Part shown: positions 8,895 to 16,360 of the stretch, one piece after another
Numbering within the stretch: the first letter of the stretch is position 1
How the letters are laid out: the number at the start of each line of letters is the position of its first letter
Assembly (NCBI RefSeq): GCF_009831105.1
Contig: NZ_WUUQ01000001.1
Location: 720,001-752,000, forward strand
DNA from: Copranaerobaculum intestinale
GTDB lineage: Bacteria; Bacillota_I; Bacilli_A; Erysipelotrichales; Erysipelotrichaceae
Length of the DNA: 32,000 bases
Reading direction: 5' to 3'
Program-made: the position numbers and the translations under genes
Notes under the pieces: generated by a model
Told to the model about the DNA's origin: nothing
What the model saw: only the letters and a program-made list of their open reading frames with translations
The model's database searches: none

Positions 8895-9272
8895 ATGTTT
8901 TTTAAAAAAAAGACTGTATCCGAAACAAAAACTGATGAACCGGCTGTCAATCATGATGAGCTGGTAGAGAAAGCACAGCAGCTGATCGAGGAGCTCGCAT
9001 CAAAGAGCGGTGAAGCACGTATCACATGTCTGGATCAGATTGGCTTATGTTTCAGTGATGCTAAGGAATACGATCAGGCGATCTCCTATCTGGAAACCAG
9101 TCTGAATGAGAAAAAAGCGGTCAGTGACGGCTACCGCACGCTTCTGAAACTCTATAACATCAAGCGGAAAGAAGCTGCGGTTATGAAGGATGATGAGAAG
9201 CTTCAGTATTATTTAACGAAGATCGATGACATGATGAGAATCTCAAAAGAAGTCATGCGCTCGAATCTATAA
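8895..9272 (+). CDS. Hypothetical small helical (TPR-like?) protein
   Basis: 125 aa with a GAGGAG RBS. Charged, predicted all-helical and with no TM segment. Embedded in the PTS operon. No family recognised. Confidence 0.6.
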   Translation: MFFKKKTVSETKTDEPAVNHDELVEKAQQLIEELASKSGEARITCLDQIGLCFSDAKEYDQAISYLETSLNEKKAVSDGYRTLLKLYNIKRKEAAVMKDDEKLQYYLTKIDDMMRISKEVMRSNL

Positions 9273-9290
9273 AAGGAGGATTATCGAACA

Positions 9291-10130
9291 ATGTATAAGA
9301 ATCTGGTGGAACTGTTTGAAGAAAATGAAGGAAAAGGAGCAGTTGGAGCGTTTAATCTGCACTGTTTTGAAATGCTGCCGAGCATGATTCATGCGGCTGA
9401 AGAATTACAGGTACCGATCATTATTCAAACTTCGCTTGGAACGGCGGAATATATCGGTTTTGAACCGCTTATTGCGGCGGTGAAGGCACTGGCGGAAGGA
9501 TCCAGCATCAGCGTATGTCTGCATATGGATCACTGCAAGAGTGTTGAAGCATTGAAAAAAGCAATCGACCTTGGCTATTCCTCGGTTATGTATGACGGTT
9601 CTTCCCTGCCTATGGAAGAAAATATTAAAAATACGAAGGAAGTCGTAGCCTATGCACGTGCTCATCATGTTTCTGTAGAAGGTGAGATTGGCGCAATCGG
9701 AGGTGCTGAGGAAGGCGTTGTAGTAGCTCAAAATGAAGCAGCGTATACAAAGCCGGAGGATGCGCTCTATTATGTTGATCAGACCGATGTTGATGCGCTT
9801 GCGGTTGCGATCGGTACGACCCACGGGCAGTACAAATCTAAAGCGAAAATCAACTATGAGCTGCTGGATGAGCTCAAAGCAAAGCTGGGCAGCGTCGGTT
9901 TGGTGCTTCATGGGGGGACTGGCGTATCCGATGAGGATATGAAGCGCTGTGTGCGTGAGGGCATGAAGAAAATCAATGTCGGAACCGAACTCAACAAATC
10001 TTACATTGAAGAGGTCAATGCCTCTTTCCCGGGCGCAACTCCATTGACGTCCCTGCGTAAGCTGTTTACACCGGCAAATGAGCATATCAAACGTATCATC
10101 CTGGAAAAAGCTTCTCTGTTTAAATTGTAA
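9291..10130 (+). CDS. Class II ketose-bisphosphate aldolase (fructose-/tagatose-1,6-bisphosphate aldolase family)
   Basis: 279 aa. Zn ligand blocks LHMDHC, IGTTHGQY and LVLHGGTG are typical of the FbaA/GatY/KbaY family. Confidence 0.9.
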   Translation: MYKNLVELFEENEGKGAVGAFNLHCFEMLPSMIHAAEELQVPIIIQTSLGTAEYIGFEPLIAAVKALAEGSSISVCLHMDHCKSVEALKKAIDLGYSSVMYDGSSLPMEENIKNTKEVVAYARAHHVSVEGEIGAIGGAEEGVVVAQNEAAYTKPEDALYYVDQTDVDALAVAIGTTHGQYKSKAKINYELLDELKAKLGSVGLVLHGGTGVSDEDMKRCVREGMKKINVGTELNKSYIEEVNASFPGATPLTSLRKLFTPANEHIKRIILEKASLFKL

Positions 10131-10145
10131 TAAAGGAGGGAAACA

Positions 10146-10748
10146 ATGAAAAAGACAATGGTTCTGCTGGCCGGTTATCCCGGCACCGGAAAATCCTATT
10201 TATGTGATCAGATCGTAAGCATCGCTTCGGACTTTCTCATTGTTTCTCAGGATGTGATCAAAGAGGCGATCTTTGATGAGGAAGGCTTTGACGATCTGAA
10301 GCAGAAGGAGCAGCTGACCCTGCGCAGCTGGGAGGTCTACTATCAACAAATAGAAACATATATGAAGAAAGGCCGGCGGATCATATCCGATTATCCGTTC
10401 AGTGAGAAACAGCGGCCTCGCTTGGCTGCCTTATGTGAACGGTATGGTTATGAACCGATCACAATTCGGCTGCTGGCTGATTTGAATATATTATATGAGC
10501 GTCAGCGTAAACGCGATCTTGATCCGACACGACATTTATCACACATCATGTCCCATTACCATAAAGGGGATGTTATGAAAGATCGCCTGCAGGCAGATGG
10601 TCTGCTGAGTTATTCGGTATTCATCGATCGCTGTACCACCCGCGGTTATGATACCTTTCAGCTCGGACATCTGATTGAAGCTGATGTTACTGATTTTTCC
10701 GAGGTGGACTACCCGGCAATCCTAAAACAACTGCAGGCTTATTTATGA
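10146..10748 (+). CDS. P-loop NTPase / small-molecule kinase-like protein (AAA_33-like)
   Basis: 200 aa. Walker A GYPGTGKS at residues 10-17. Arg-rich lid-like ERQRKRDLDPTRH. Last gene of the PTS operon. Confidence 0.7.
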   Translation: MKKTMVLLAGYPGTGKSYLCDQIVSIASDFLIVSQDVIKEAIFDEEGFDDLKQKEQLTLRSWEVYYQQIETYMKKGRRIISDYPFSEKQRPRLAALCERYGYEPITIRLLADLNILYERQRKRDLDPTRHLSHIMSHYHKGDVMKDRLQADGLLSYSVFIDRCTTRGYDTFQLGHLIEADVTDFSEVDYPAILKQLQAYL

Positions 10749-10773
10749 GACAGACGATCGTCTGTCTTTTTTT
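10749..10773 (+). terminator. Rho-independent terminator ending the PTS operon
   Basis: GACAGAC-GATC-GTCTGTC followed by TTTTTTT, immediately after the stop codon. Confidence 0.85.
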
Positions 10774-10820
10774 CGCCGATTAGGAATTTTTACATATACT
10801 GGTCTATAGGAGGATAACTT

Positions 10821-11507
10821 ATGGAACTGGTATTGCTGAGGCATGGGGAAAGTGTCTGGAATCGGGAAAATCGTTATACCGGATGGACGGATGTTGATCT
10901 GAGTGAAAAGGGGCATGAAGAAGCGAAGCAGGCGGGAAAACTGCTTCAGGATTACGGCTATCAATTTGATGTATGCTATACATCGTATTTGAAGCGGGCA
11001 ATTCATACCGCATGGGATGTTTTGGATGAAATGGATTTAAGCTGGATCACCATCCAGAAAACATGGCGGCTGAACGAGCGTCACTATGGAGCACTGCAGG
11101 GGATCAATAAAACGGATACTGTAAAAAACTATGGCGAGGAGCAGGTTCGGCAGTGGCGCCGCTCCTATGCGGTTGTGCCGCCCTTGTTGAAACCGGGCGA
11201 TGCCCGATGTCCCAATCGGGAAGCAAAATATCAAACGGTGCAGCCAACGGATCTGCCCCGCGGCGAGAGTCTGGAGATGACGGTAGCACGAGTCGTTCCT
11301 TATTATCAGCAGGTCATCCAGCAGGCAATGCTCAGCGGCCGTAAGGTTTTGGTAGCGGCTCATGGTAACTCTTTAAGAGCGCTGCTTATGTATATTGAAC
11401 AAATAGATGAAGCGGATATCTTATCGCTGGAGCTACAAACAGGAGTTCCGATTATTTGCCGGTTTGATGAAGACGGAAACTTTATTGAGCGATTTACGCT
11501 TCGCTAA
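10821..11507 (+). CDS. gpmA: 2,3-bisphosphoglycerate-dependent phosphoglycerate mutase
   Basis: LLRHGESVWNRENRYTGWTDVDLSEKG and AAHGNSLRAL are canonical dPGM motifs. 228 aa. Confidence 0.93.
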   Translation: MELVLLRHGESVWNRENRYTGWTDVDLSEKGHEEAKQAGKLLQDYGYQFDVCYTSYLKRAIHTAWDVLDEMDLSWITIQKTWRLNERHYGALQGINKTDTVKNYGEEQVRQWRRSYAVVPPLLKPGDARCPNREAKYQTVQPTDLPRGESLEMTVARVVPYYQQVIQQAMLSGRKVLVAAHGNSLRALLMYIEQIDEADILSLELQTGVPIICRFDEDGNFIERFTLR

Positions 11508-11525
11508 GGGACGGTTATTGCTCAC

Positions 11526-11561
11526 AAAAAAGCGGATAAAGCAAGTGTTTATCCGCTTTTT
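11526..11561. terminator. Rho-independent terminator after gpmA (A-run/T-run flanked)
   Basis: AAAAAA-GCGGATAAA-gcaagtg-TTTATCCGC-TTTTT. Confidence 0.85.
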
Positions 11562-11595
11562 CCATATTCATCCTAAAACATTCCACAATTCCCAT

Positions 11596-11641
11596 AATTC
11601 TTAAGATTCTTAAGTATATTTTCACAATTTCTTAAGAAATT
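11596..11641. promoter_or_regulatory. Operator-like cluster: tandem ATTCTTAAG x2 plus the perfect 16-bp palindrome AATTTCTTAAGAAATT
   Basis: Read directly. ATTCTTAAG is at 11597-11605 and 11606-11614. The palindrome is at 11626-11641. CACAATT is repeated at 11584 and 11623. The cluster lies 45-90 nt upstream of the ABC permease start. Confidence 0.45.
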
Positions 11642-11685
11642 ACATCTATATTCCTTCGGTAAAGTATAGATACGGAGGAAATATT

Positions 11686-13125
11686 ATGTTCAAAAATGCA
11701 ATACTCAGTATTAAAAAGAACAAAGGCAGGACGTTTTTATTGTTTCTGCTGATGGTTCTGATTGCAAATCTAGTGATTGCCGGCCTGTCCATCCACAGTG
11801 CCTCGATCAAATCGATGCAGCAGGTACGGGAGTCATTAGGCAATGATGTGACGCTCTCAGTCAATATGCAAAATCTGATGCAGAATCGAAAAAAGGGTGA
11901 AGCAATCCGCTCAGCCATGCCCATGATCACAACTGAGATGGCGGATCAGCTAAAATCTTTGAAATATGTAGCGTCCTATACGTATACCGTGGAAGTAGGC
12001 GCAAGCAGCGAATCGCTCACCGCCGTGGAAGTATCGGACGATCACATGCCGAAGCAGGATATGGGAGGAAATCAGGAAGATAGTGAAACCACTTCCGACT
12101 TCAAAATATCCGGAAACACATCGATGGAAAAGCTGTCCTATTTTACCGATGAGACATATACACTCTCTGCCGGACGGCTCCTCAATGAGCAGGATAGCGG
12201 AACTGATCATGCTGTGATATCTGCTACTCTGGCTGAGGATAATGATGTGGGTTTAGGAGATAAGATTCGCATTACGGTTGATGAGGTTGAACAAGAACTG
12301 GAAGTAGTAGGAATCTTTGAGGTAGCCAGTGCAAATGGTATGGGACAGATGGGAATGAATCGGGAAAGTCCCTACAATACCATTTATGTTGATTATGAAA
12401 CGGCGCAAACACTCAACGGCAGTAAAACAGAGTTGACCGCGGCTACCTTCTATTTGGATGATCCAAAGCATGTGGATGCTTTTAAGGAATTGGCAGAAGA
12501 GAAAACGACGATTGATTTTGACAAGTATACCCTAAATGCGAATGATCAGCTATATCAGCGCAATGTGCAAACTTTGGAGAATGTTGAATCCTTCGCTACG
12601 ATTTTCCTGCTGGTGGTTATTTTGGCCGGAAGTATCATCCTCTGTCTGATTTTGATTCTGACGATTCGCGGCCGCTTCTATGAAATTGGAATTTTTCTTT
12701 CAATGGGACAGCCCAAATTTAAAATCATCGGACAGCATTTCATAGAGATGATATGCATTGCCGCAGCAGCTTTTGTTTTATCACTGGGAACCGGTAAAAT
12801 GGTATCCAATGTGATTGGCAATATGCTGGTAAGCGGTACTTCATCGGCTGAACAGATGGGACTGGATGGAGGCGGCCGCGTAAATAAAGAAATGCCATCT
12901 ATTGGGGCAGACAGCGCGGACACAGACTCCGTACAGAGGCCGCAGGGTATGGATAATGCCTTCCAGGCGCCAAGTGATACACAGCTTGATGTTTCTTTGA
13001 ATCTTGTCAATATCACGGAGCTGGCCAGTATTACCATACTGATCTGTGTCATTGCGGTATCGCTTCCGGCTGTTTACATTTTACGGCTGACTCCAAGAGA
13101 AATCTTGATCAGAAAGGAGAGCTGA
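11686..13125 (+). CDS. ABC transporter permease, FtsX/MacB type (single 4-TM FtsX domain with a large extracytoplasmic domain)
   Basis: 479 aa. N-terminal TM (TFLLFLLMVLIANLVIAGL), then a soluble domain of about 250 aa, then 3 C-terminal TMs. A low-complexity loop of about 65 aa lies between the last two TMs. GGAGG RBS. Confidence 0.85.
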   Translation: MFKNAILSIKKNKGRTFLLFLLMVLIANLVIAGLSIHSASIKSMQQVRESLGNDVTLSVNMQNLMQNRKKGEAIRSAMPMITTEMADQLKSLKYVASYTYTVEVGASSESLTAVEVSDDHMPKQDMGGNQEDSETTSDFKISGNTSMEKLSYFTDETYTLSAGRLLNEQDSGTDHAVISATLAEDNDVGLGDKIRITVDEVEQELEVVGIFEVASANGMGQMGMNRESPYNTIYVDYETAQTLNGSKTELTAATFYLDDPKHVDAFKELAEEKTTIDFDKYTLNANDQLYQRNVQTLENVESFATIFLLVVILAGSIILCLILILTIRGRFYEIGIFLSMGQPKFKIIGQHFIEMICIAAAAFVLSLGTGKMVSNVIGNMLVSGTSSAEQMGLDGGGRVNKEMPSIGADSADTDSVQRPQGMDNAFQAPSDTQLDVSLNLVNITELASITILICVIAVSLPAVYILRLTPREILIRKES

Positions 13126-13126
13126 T

Positions 13127-13798
13127 ATGGAAACAATCCTAGCATTTGATCATGTATCTTATTTTTATCAGGACGGTTCCCAACAGGTTTTGATCTTTGA
13201 TGATGCTTCCTATACATTTGAGAAGGGGAAGCTTTATGCGATCGTTGGAGCCAGCGGCAGCGGGAAAACGACAAGCATTGTACTGGCCGGCGGCTTGGAT
13301 AAGCCAAAGGAGGGACAGGTTACTTTTCAGGGCCAAAGCTTAAAGTCCATCGGCTTTCCTGTCTATCGGCAAAAATATGTATCGATTGTCTTTCAGGCAT
13401 ATAATCTTATTTCTTATATGAATGCCTGCCAGAATGTTGTCTGTGCGATGGATATCGCTAAGCAAAATCCAGCGGATAAAAAAGGCCGGGCCTTGGAAAT
13501 TCTAAGCGGCCTTGGGTTAAAGCCGGAAGAATGTGTCCGTGATATATCAAAGCTGTCCGGCGGGCAGCAGCAGCGCGTAGCAATTGCCAGAGCCATCGCC
13601 AAAGACGCGGAACTGATTTTGGCAGATGAGCCTACCGGGAATTTGGACAGTCGCAGTGCTTCCAGTATTGTAGATTTATTTTTGAAGCTTGCTCATGAAC
13701 AGCATAAATGTGTCATCATCGTGACCCATGCGAAAGAGGTTGCTGATCGTTGTGATGTTCAGTTGTCAATCAAGGATGGCAAGCTTCTGGAAACGTAA
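13127..13798 (+). CDS. ABC transporter ATP-binding protein (MacB/LolD/FtsE-like)
   Basis: Walker A GASGSGKTT, signature LSGGQQQRVAIARA, Walker B LILADEPTGNLD and H-loop VTH. It starts 1 nt after the permease stop. Confidence 0.93.
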   Translation: METILAFDHVSYFYQDGSQQVLIFDDASYTFEKGKLYAIVGASGSGKTTSIVLAGGLDKPKEGQVTFQGQSLKSIGFPVYRQKYVSIVFQAYNLISYMNACQNVVCAMDIAKQNPADKKGRALEILSGLGLKPEECVRDISKLSGGQQQRVAIARAIAKDAELILADEPTGNLDSRSASSIVDLFLKLAHEQHKCVIIVTHAKEVADRCDVQLSIKDGKLLET

Positions 13799-13808
13799 GG
13801 AGGAAAAG

Positions 13809-15431
13809 ATGAAACGATTCTTAACATATGGAAAACGGATACTTATTGCTATTGTCTGTTTTACTGCTTTATTCTTTGTAGCCCAGTATTCAGTGTACGC
13901 AGACTTTGACCAGAGTGAAGATATAGTATACAAAACCCTTACCTACACCAATGATACCTCCAAGCCTTATAATACCGCACTTTCCAATGAAGCGCAGCGT
14001 CAGATTGATCAGTATTTATGGCTGGGCAATTATACGTTTGATCACATTCTGGCTATCGCTGATCCGTATCAGACGAATACCAATGCCCTGAATATCTATT
14101 TTAAAACCGAGGAAGCAGTGAGCGTCACTTATACGATTCATGTCGAAGCCTCGAATATCTCGGATTTTACCCGAACCTTAAAGAATGATGATAAAAGCGG
14201 CTATACTACCGATCATGCGTATCAGCTGATCGGTCTGATTCCCGATATGGATAACATTATTACGCTGAAGCTGACCGATAAAAACGGAAATATCGTGAAT
14301 CAAAAGAGCTTTACATATCATGCCGGTCCTTTGAAGGGGAAGGAGGATGTCCAGCTGAAATTGGAAAAAGGAACCTCTACGGAGGCATTAAGCAATGGCT
14401 TGTATACGGTATTGGGAAATGACAGTGACGATCAAGACTTTGTCTATTTGTATGACAATGAAGGCGTGCTGCGATCGGAGATGCCAATCAACGGCTATCG
14501 TTCTCATCGGATGCTGTTTGATGAGGATTATCTGTATATGAGTGTTTCACAATACAAAATGGCAAAGCTGTCACGGTTAGGCCGGGTGGAAGAAGTCTAT
14601 AAGACCGGAAGCTATGAGATACATCACGACTATGTATTTGATGAAACAGGCAATATTCTGATACTGGCAACCGATACCACATCTGAAACCGAAGAGGATT
14701 TGGTGATCAGACTGAACCTAAAGACCGGAGAAATTCATGAAATACTCGATCTGGCGGATTTGTTCGGCGATTATAAAAAAACTGCGGCGCTGCCAAAGGA
14801 CGCGGATACCTTAGACTGGATGCACATCAATACCCTTCAGCTGATGGATGATCATTCGATCCTGTTATCCTCTCGGGAAACCTCAACGATCATTAAGATA
14901 AAGGATTACGATACAAGCCCATCCATAGACTATATGATCGGTAATGAAGAATTCTGGACCGCCAGCGGCTATGACAGCAATTTACTAAGCCAGGAGGGTG
15001 AATTTGTCCTGCAGTCGGGTCAGCATACTGTTACCTATGTGGCGGATGATGATCTGCCGGAAGGACAGTATTATGTATACATGTTCAATAACAATAATAC
15101 GATATCCGCCACCCGTCCGGATTTTGACTGGAAAACTTATTATCCAGGTACCGGAACGGCAGTAAAAGGCGATGCTTCTTATTATTATCGATATCTGGTT
15201 GATGAAACAGCGCGTACCTTTACTCTAGTTGATTCAATGCCGGTCGATTATTCCGGTTATGTCAGCAGCGCACAGGAATATGAAGGCAATTTGATTGTTG
15301 ACAGCGGTATGGCAGATACGTTCACAGAATATGATGCTCATCATGAACTGATTGCGAAATTTACCATTCAGGCCGAAAAATTTATTTATCGAATTTATAA
15401 GTATACGTATGAAGGATTCTGGTTTCAATAA
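13809..15431 (+). CDS. Secreted or membrane-anchored arylsulfate sulfotransferase (ASST)-like beta-propeller protein
   Basis: N-terminal signal/anchor (ILIAIVCFTALFFVAQYSVYA). Blocks ADPYQTNTNALNIYF, EIHHDYV and DWMHINTLQ...LLSSRETSTIIKI match my recollection of the ASST N-terminal and catalytic domains. I chose the ATG at 13809 (GGAGG at 13798-13802) rather than the 13728 ORF start, which overlaps the ATPase gene. Confidence 0.8.
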   Translation: MKRFLTYGKRILIAIVCFTALFFVAQYSVYADFDQSEDIVYKTLTYTNDTSKPYNTALSNEAQRQIDQYLWLGNYTFDHILAIADPYQTNTNALNIYFKTEEAVSVTYTIHVEASNISDFTRTLKNDDKSGYTTDHAYQLIGLIPDMDNIITLKLTDKNGNIVNQKSFTYHAGPLKGKEDVQLKLEKGTSTEALSNGLYTVLGNDSDDQDFVYLYDNEGVLRSEMPINGYRSHRMLFDEDYLYMSVSQYKMAKLSRLGRVEEVYKTGSYEIHHDYVFDETGNILILATDTTSETEEDLVIRLNLKTGEIHEILDLADLFGDYKKTAALPKDADTLDWMHINTLQLMDDHSILLSSRETSTIIKIKDYDTSPSIDYMIGNEEFWTASGYDSNLLSQEGEFVLQSGQHTVTYVADDDLPEGQYYVYMFNNNNTISATRPDFDWKTYYPGTGTAVKGDASYYYRYLVDETARTFTLVDSMPVDYSGYVSSAQEYEGNLIVDSGMADTFTEYDAHHELIAKFTIQAEKFIYRIYKYTYEGFWFQ

Positions 15432-15446
15432 CCAGAATCTTTTTTT
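15415..15446 (+). terminator. Rho-independent terminator overlapping the ASST-like gene stop codon
   Basis: GATTCTGG-tttcaataa-CCAGAATC followed by TTTTTTT. Confidence 0.8.
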
Positions 15447-15570
15447 GTTTTGCATAAGAATTTGAAACAAGCTTGTAAGAATTACGAATAAAAGCGCTTA
15501 CTTACACATTTGGGTGGCACGAGGTGAAAAGAATGCGTTATAATAAGGATTATAAGATGAGGAGACAGCT

Positions 15571-16350
15571 ATGAAACAGACGTTTAATTTTCATACGCAT
15601 ACATCCCGTTGCGGTCATGCTTATGGCTGGGATGAACAATATGTGAAAGCGGCAATTAAGGCAGGTTTCCAAAAGCTTGGATTTTCCGATCATATGGGAT
15701 ATCCGGGATATAGTATGCCAAAAGACCGCATGGATGGTGATCAGGTATTTGAATATCTGGAAAGCATCGAAAAATTAAAAAACCAATATCAGGATCAGAT
15801 ACAGATTTATAAAGGCTTTGAGATTGAGTGGTATGACAGTCAGAAGGACTATCTGATAGATATGCGGAAGGCATGCGATTATATGATTTTGGGACAGCAT
15901 ATGAAGCATCCTTATGGATATGGCTATGATTATCTTTGTGATGATGAGGATGTCATGATGTATGCTACACAGATTGAAGCCGGAATGGCCAGCGGCCTTG
16001 TTTCTTATCTGGCTCATCCCGACTATTTTATGCTGGGACGCCGTGACTTTAATGAGAGCTGCGTGGAAGCTTCAAAGAAAATCTGTGAAGCATCCCTGCG
16101 CTATCAGGTACCGCTGGAAATCAATTTAAAGGGACTTACCAAGACTCCCGGATATTATGAGGATGGAAAAGTATCGGCATATCCATACCGGCGTTTCTGG
16201 GAAATTGCCAGCAGCTATGGCTGTGAAGCGGTTTACGGCTTTGATGCTCACAGTCCGGCTGACCTTTTAGAAAGCAGCAGAATCCATCGAGCCGATGAAA
16301 TTCTTGAAGGAATCTCGATTCATCATTTGTCAGAGCTGACACTTAAGTAG
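15571..16350 (+). CDS. PHP-domain phosphoesterase (HisJ-family histidinol-phosphatase-like)
   Basis: N-terminal FHTHTSRCGHA (HxH...H metal motif), then LGFSDH, HPDY and GFDAH blocks typical of the PHP/HisJ family. 259 aa. Confidence 0.85.
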   Translation: MKQTFNFHTHTSRCGHAYGWDEQYVKAAIKAGFQKLGFSDHMGYPGYSMPKDRMDGDQVFEYLESIEKLKNQYQDQIQIYKGFEIEWYDSQKDYLIDMRKACDYMILGQHMKHPYGYGYDYLCDDEDVMMYATQIEAGMASGLVSYLAHPDYFMLGRRDFNESCVEASKKICEASLRYQVPLEINLKGLTKTPGYYEDGKVSAYPYRRFWEIASSYGCEAVYGFDAHSPADLLESSRIHRADEILEGISIHHLSELTLK

Positions 16351-16360
16351 GAGGAAGTTT

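Noticed and set aside
13728-13808. A longer upstream start for the ASST-like ORF (13728), and likewise 18911 for the ArsR gene, 24006 for the lipoprotein and 3662-3880 as a separate ORF.
   Set aside because: The extensions overlap the preceding gene, or run through terminators and promoters, and they lack an RBS. The internal ATGs at 13809, 18995 and 24021 each have a GGAGG-type RBS at proper spacing and give sensible N-termini (signal peptide, lipobox).
15455-15483. TAAGAATT direct repeat spaced 21 bp apart (15455-15462 and 15476-15483) downstream of the ASST unit. It is the reverse complement of AATTCTTA in the upstream operator cluster, which hinted at a shared regulator bracketing the operon.
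   Set aside because: The 8-mer also occurs inside coding DNA (about 1814), and the 7-mer core occurs at about 18477. In AT-rich DNA this many hits is near chance expectation. I kept only the upstream cluster, which has a 16-bp perfect palindrome.
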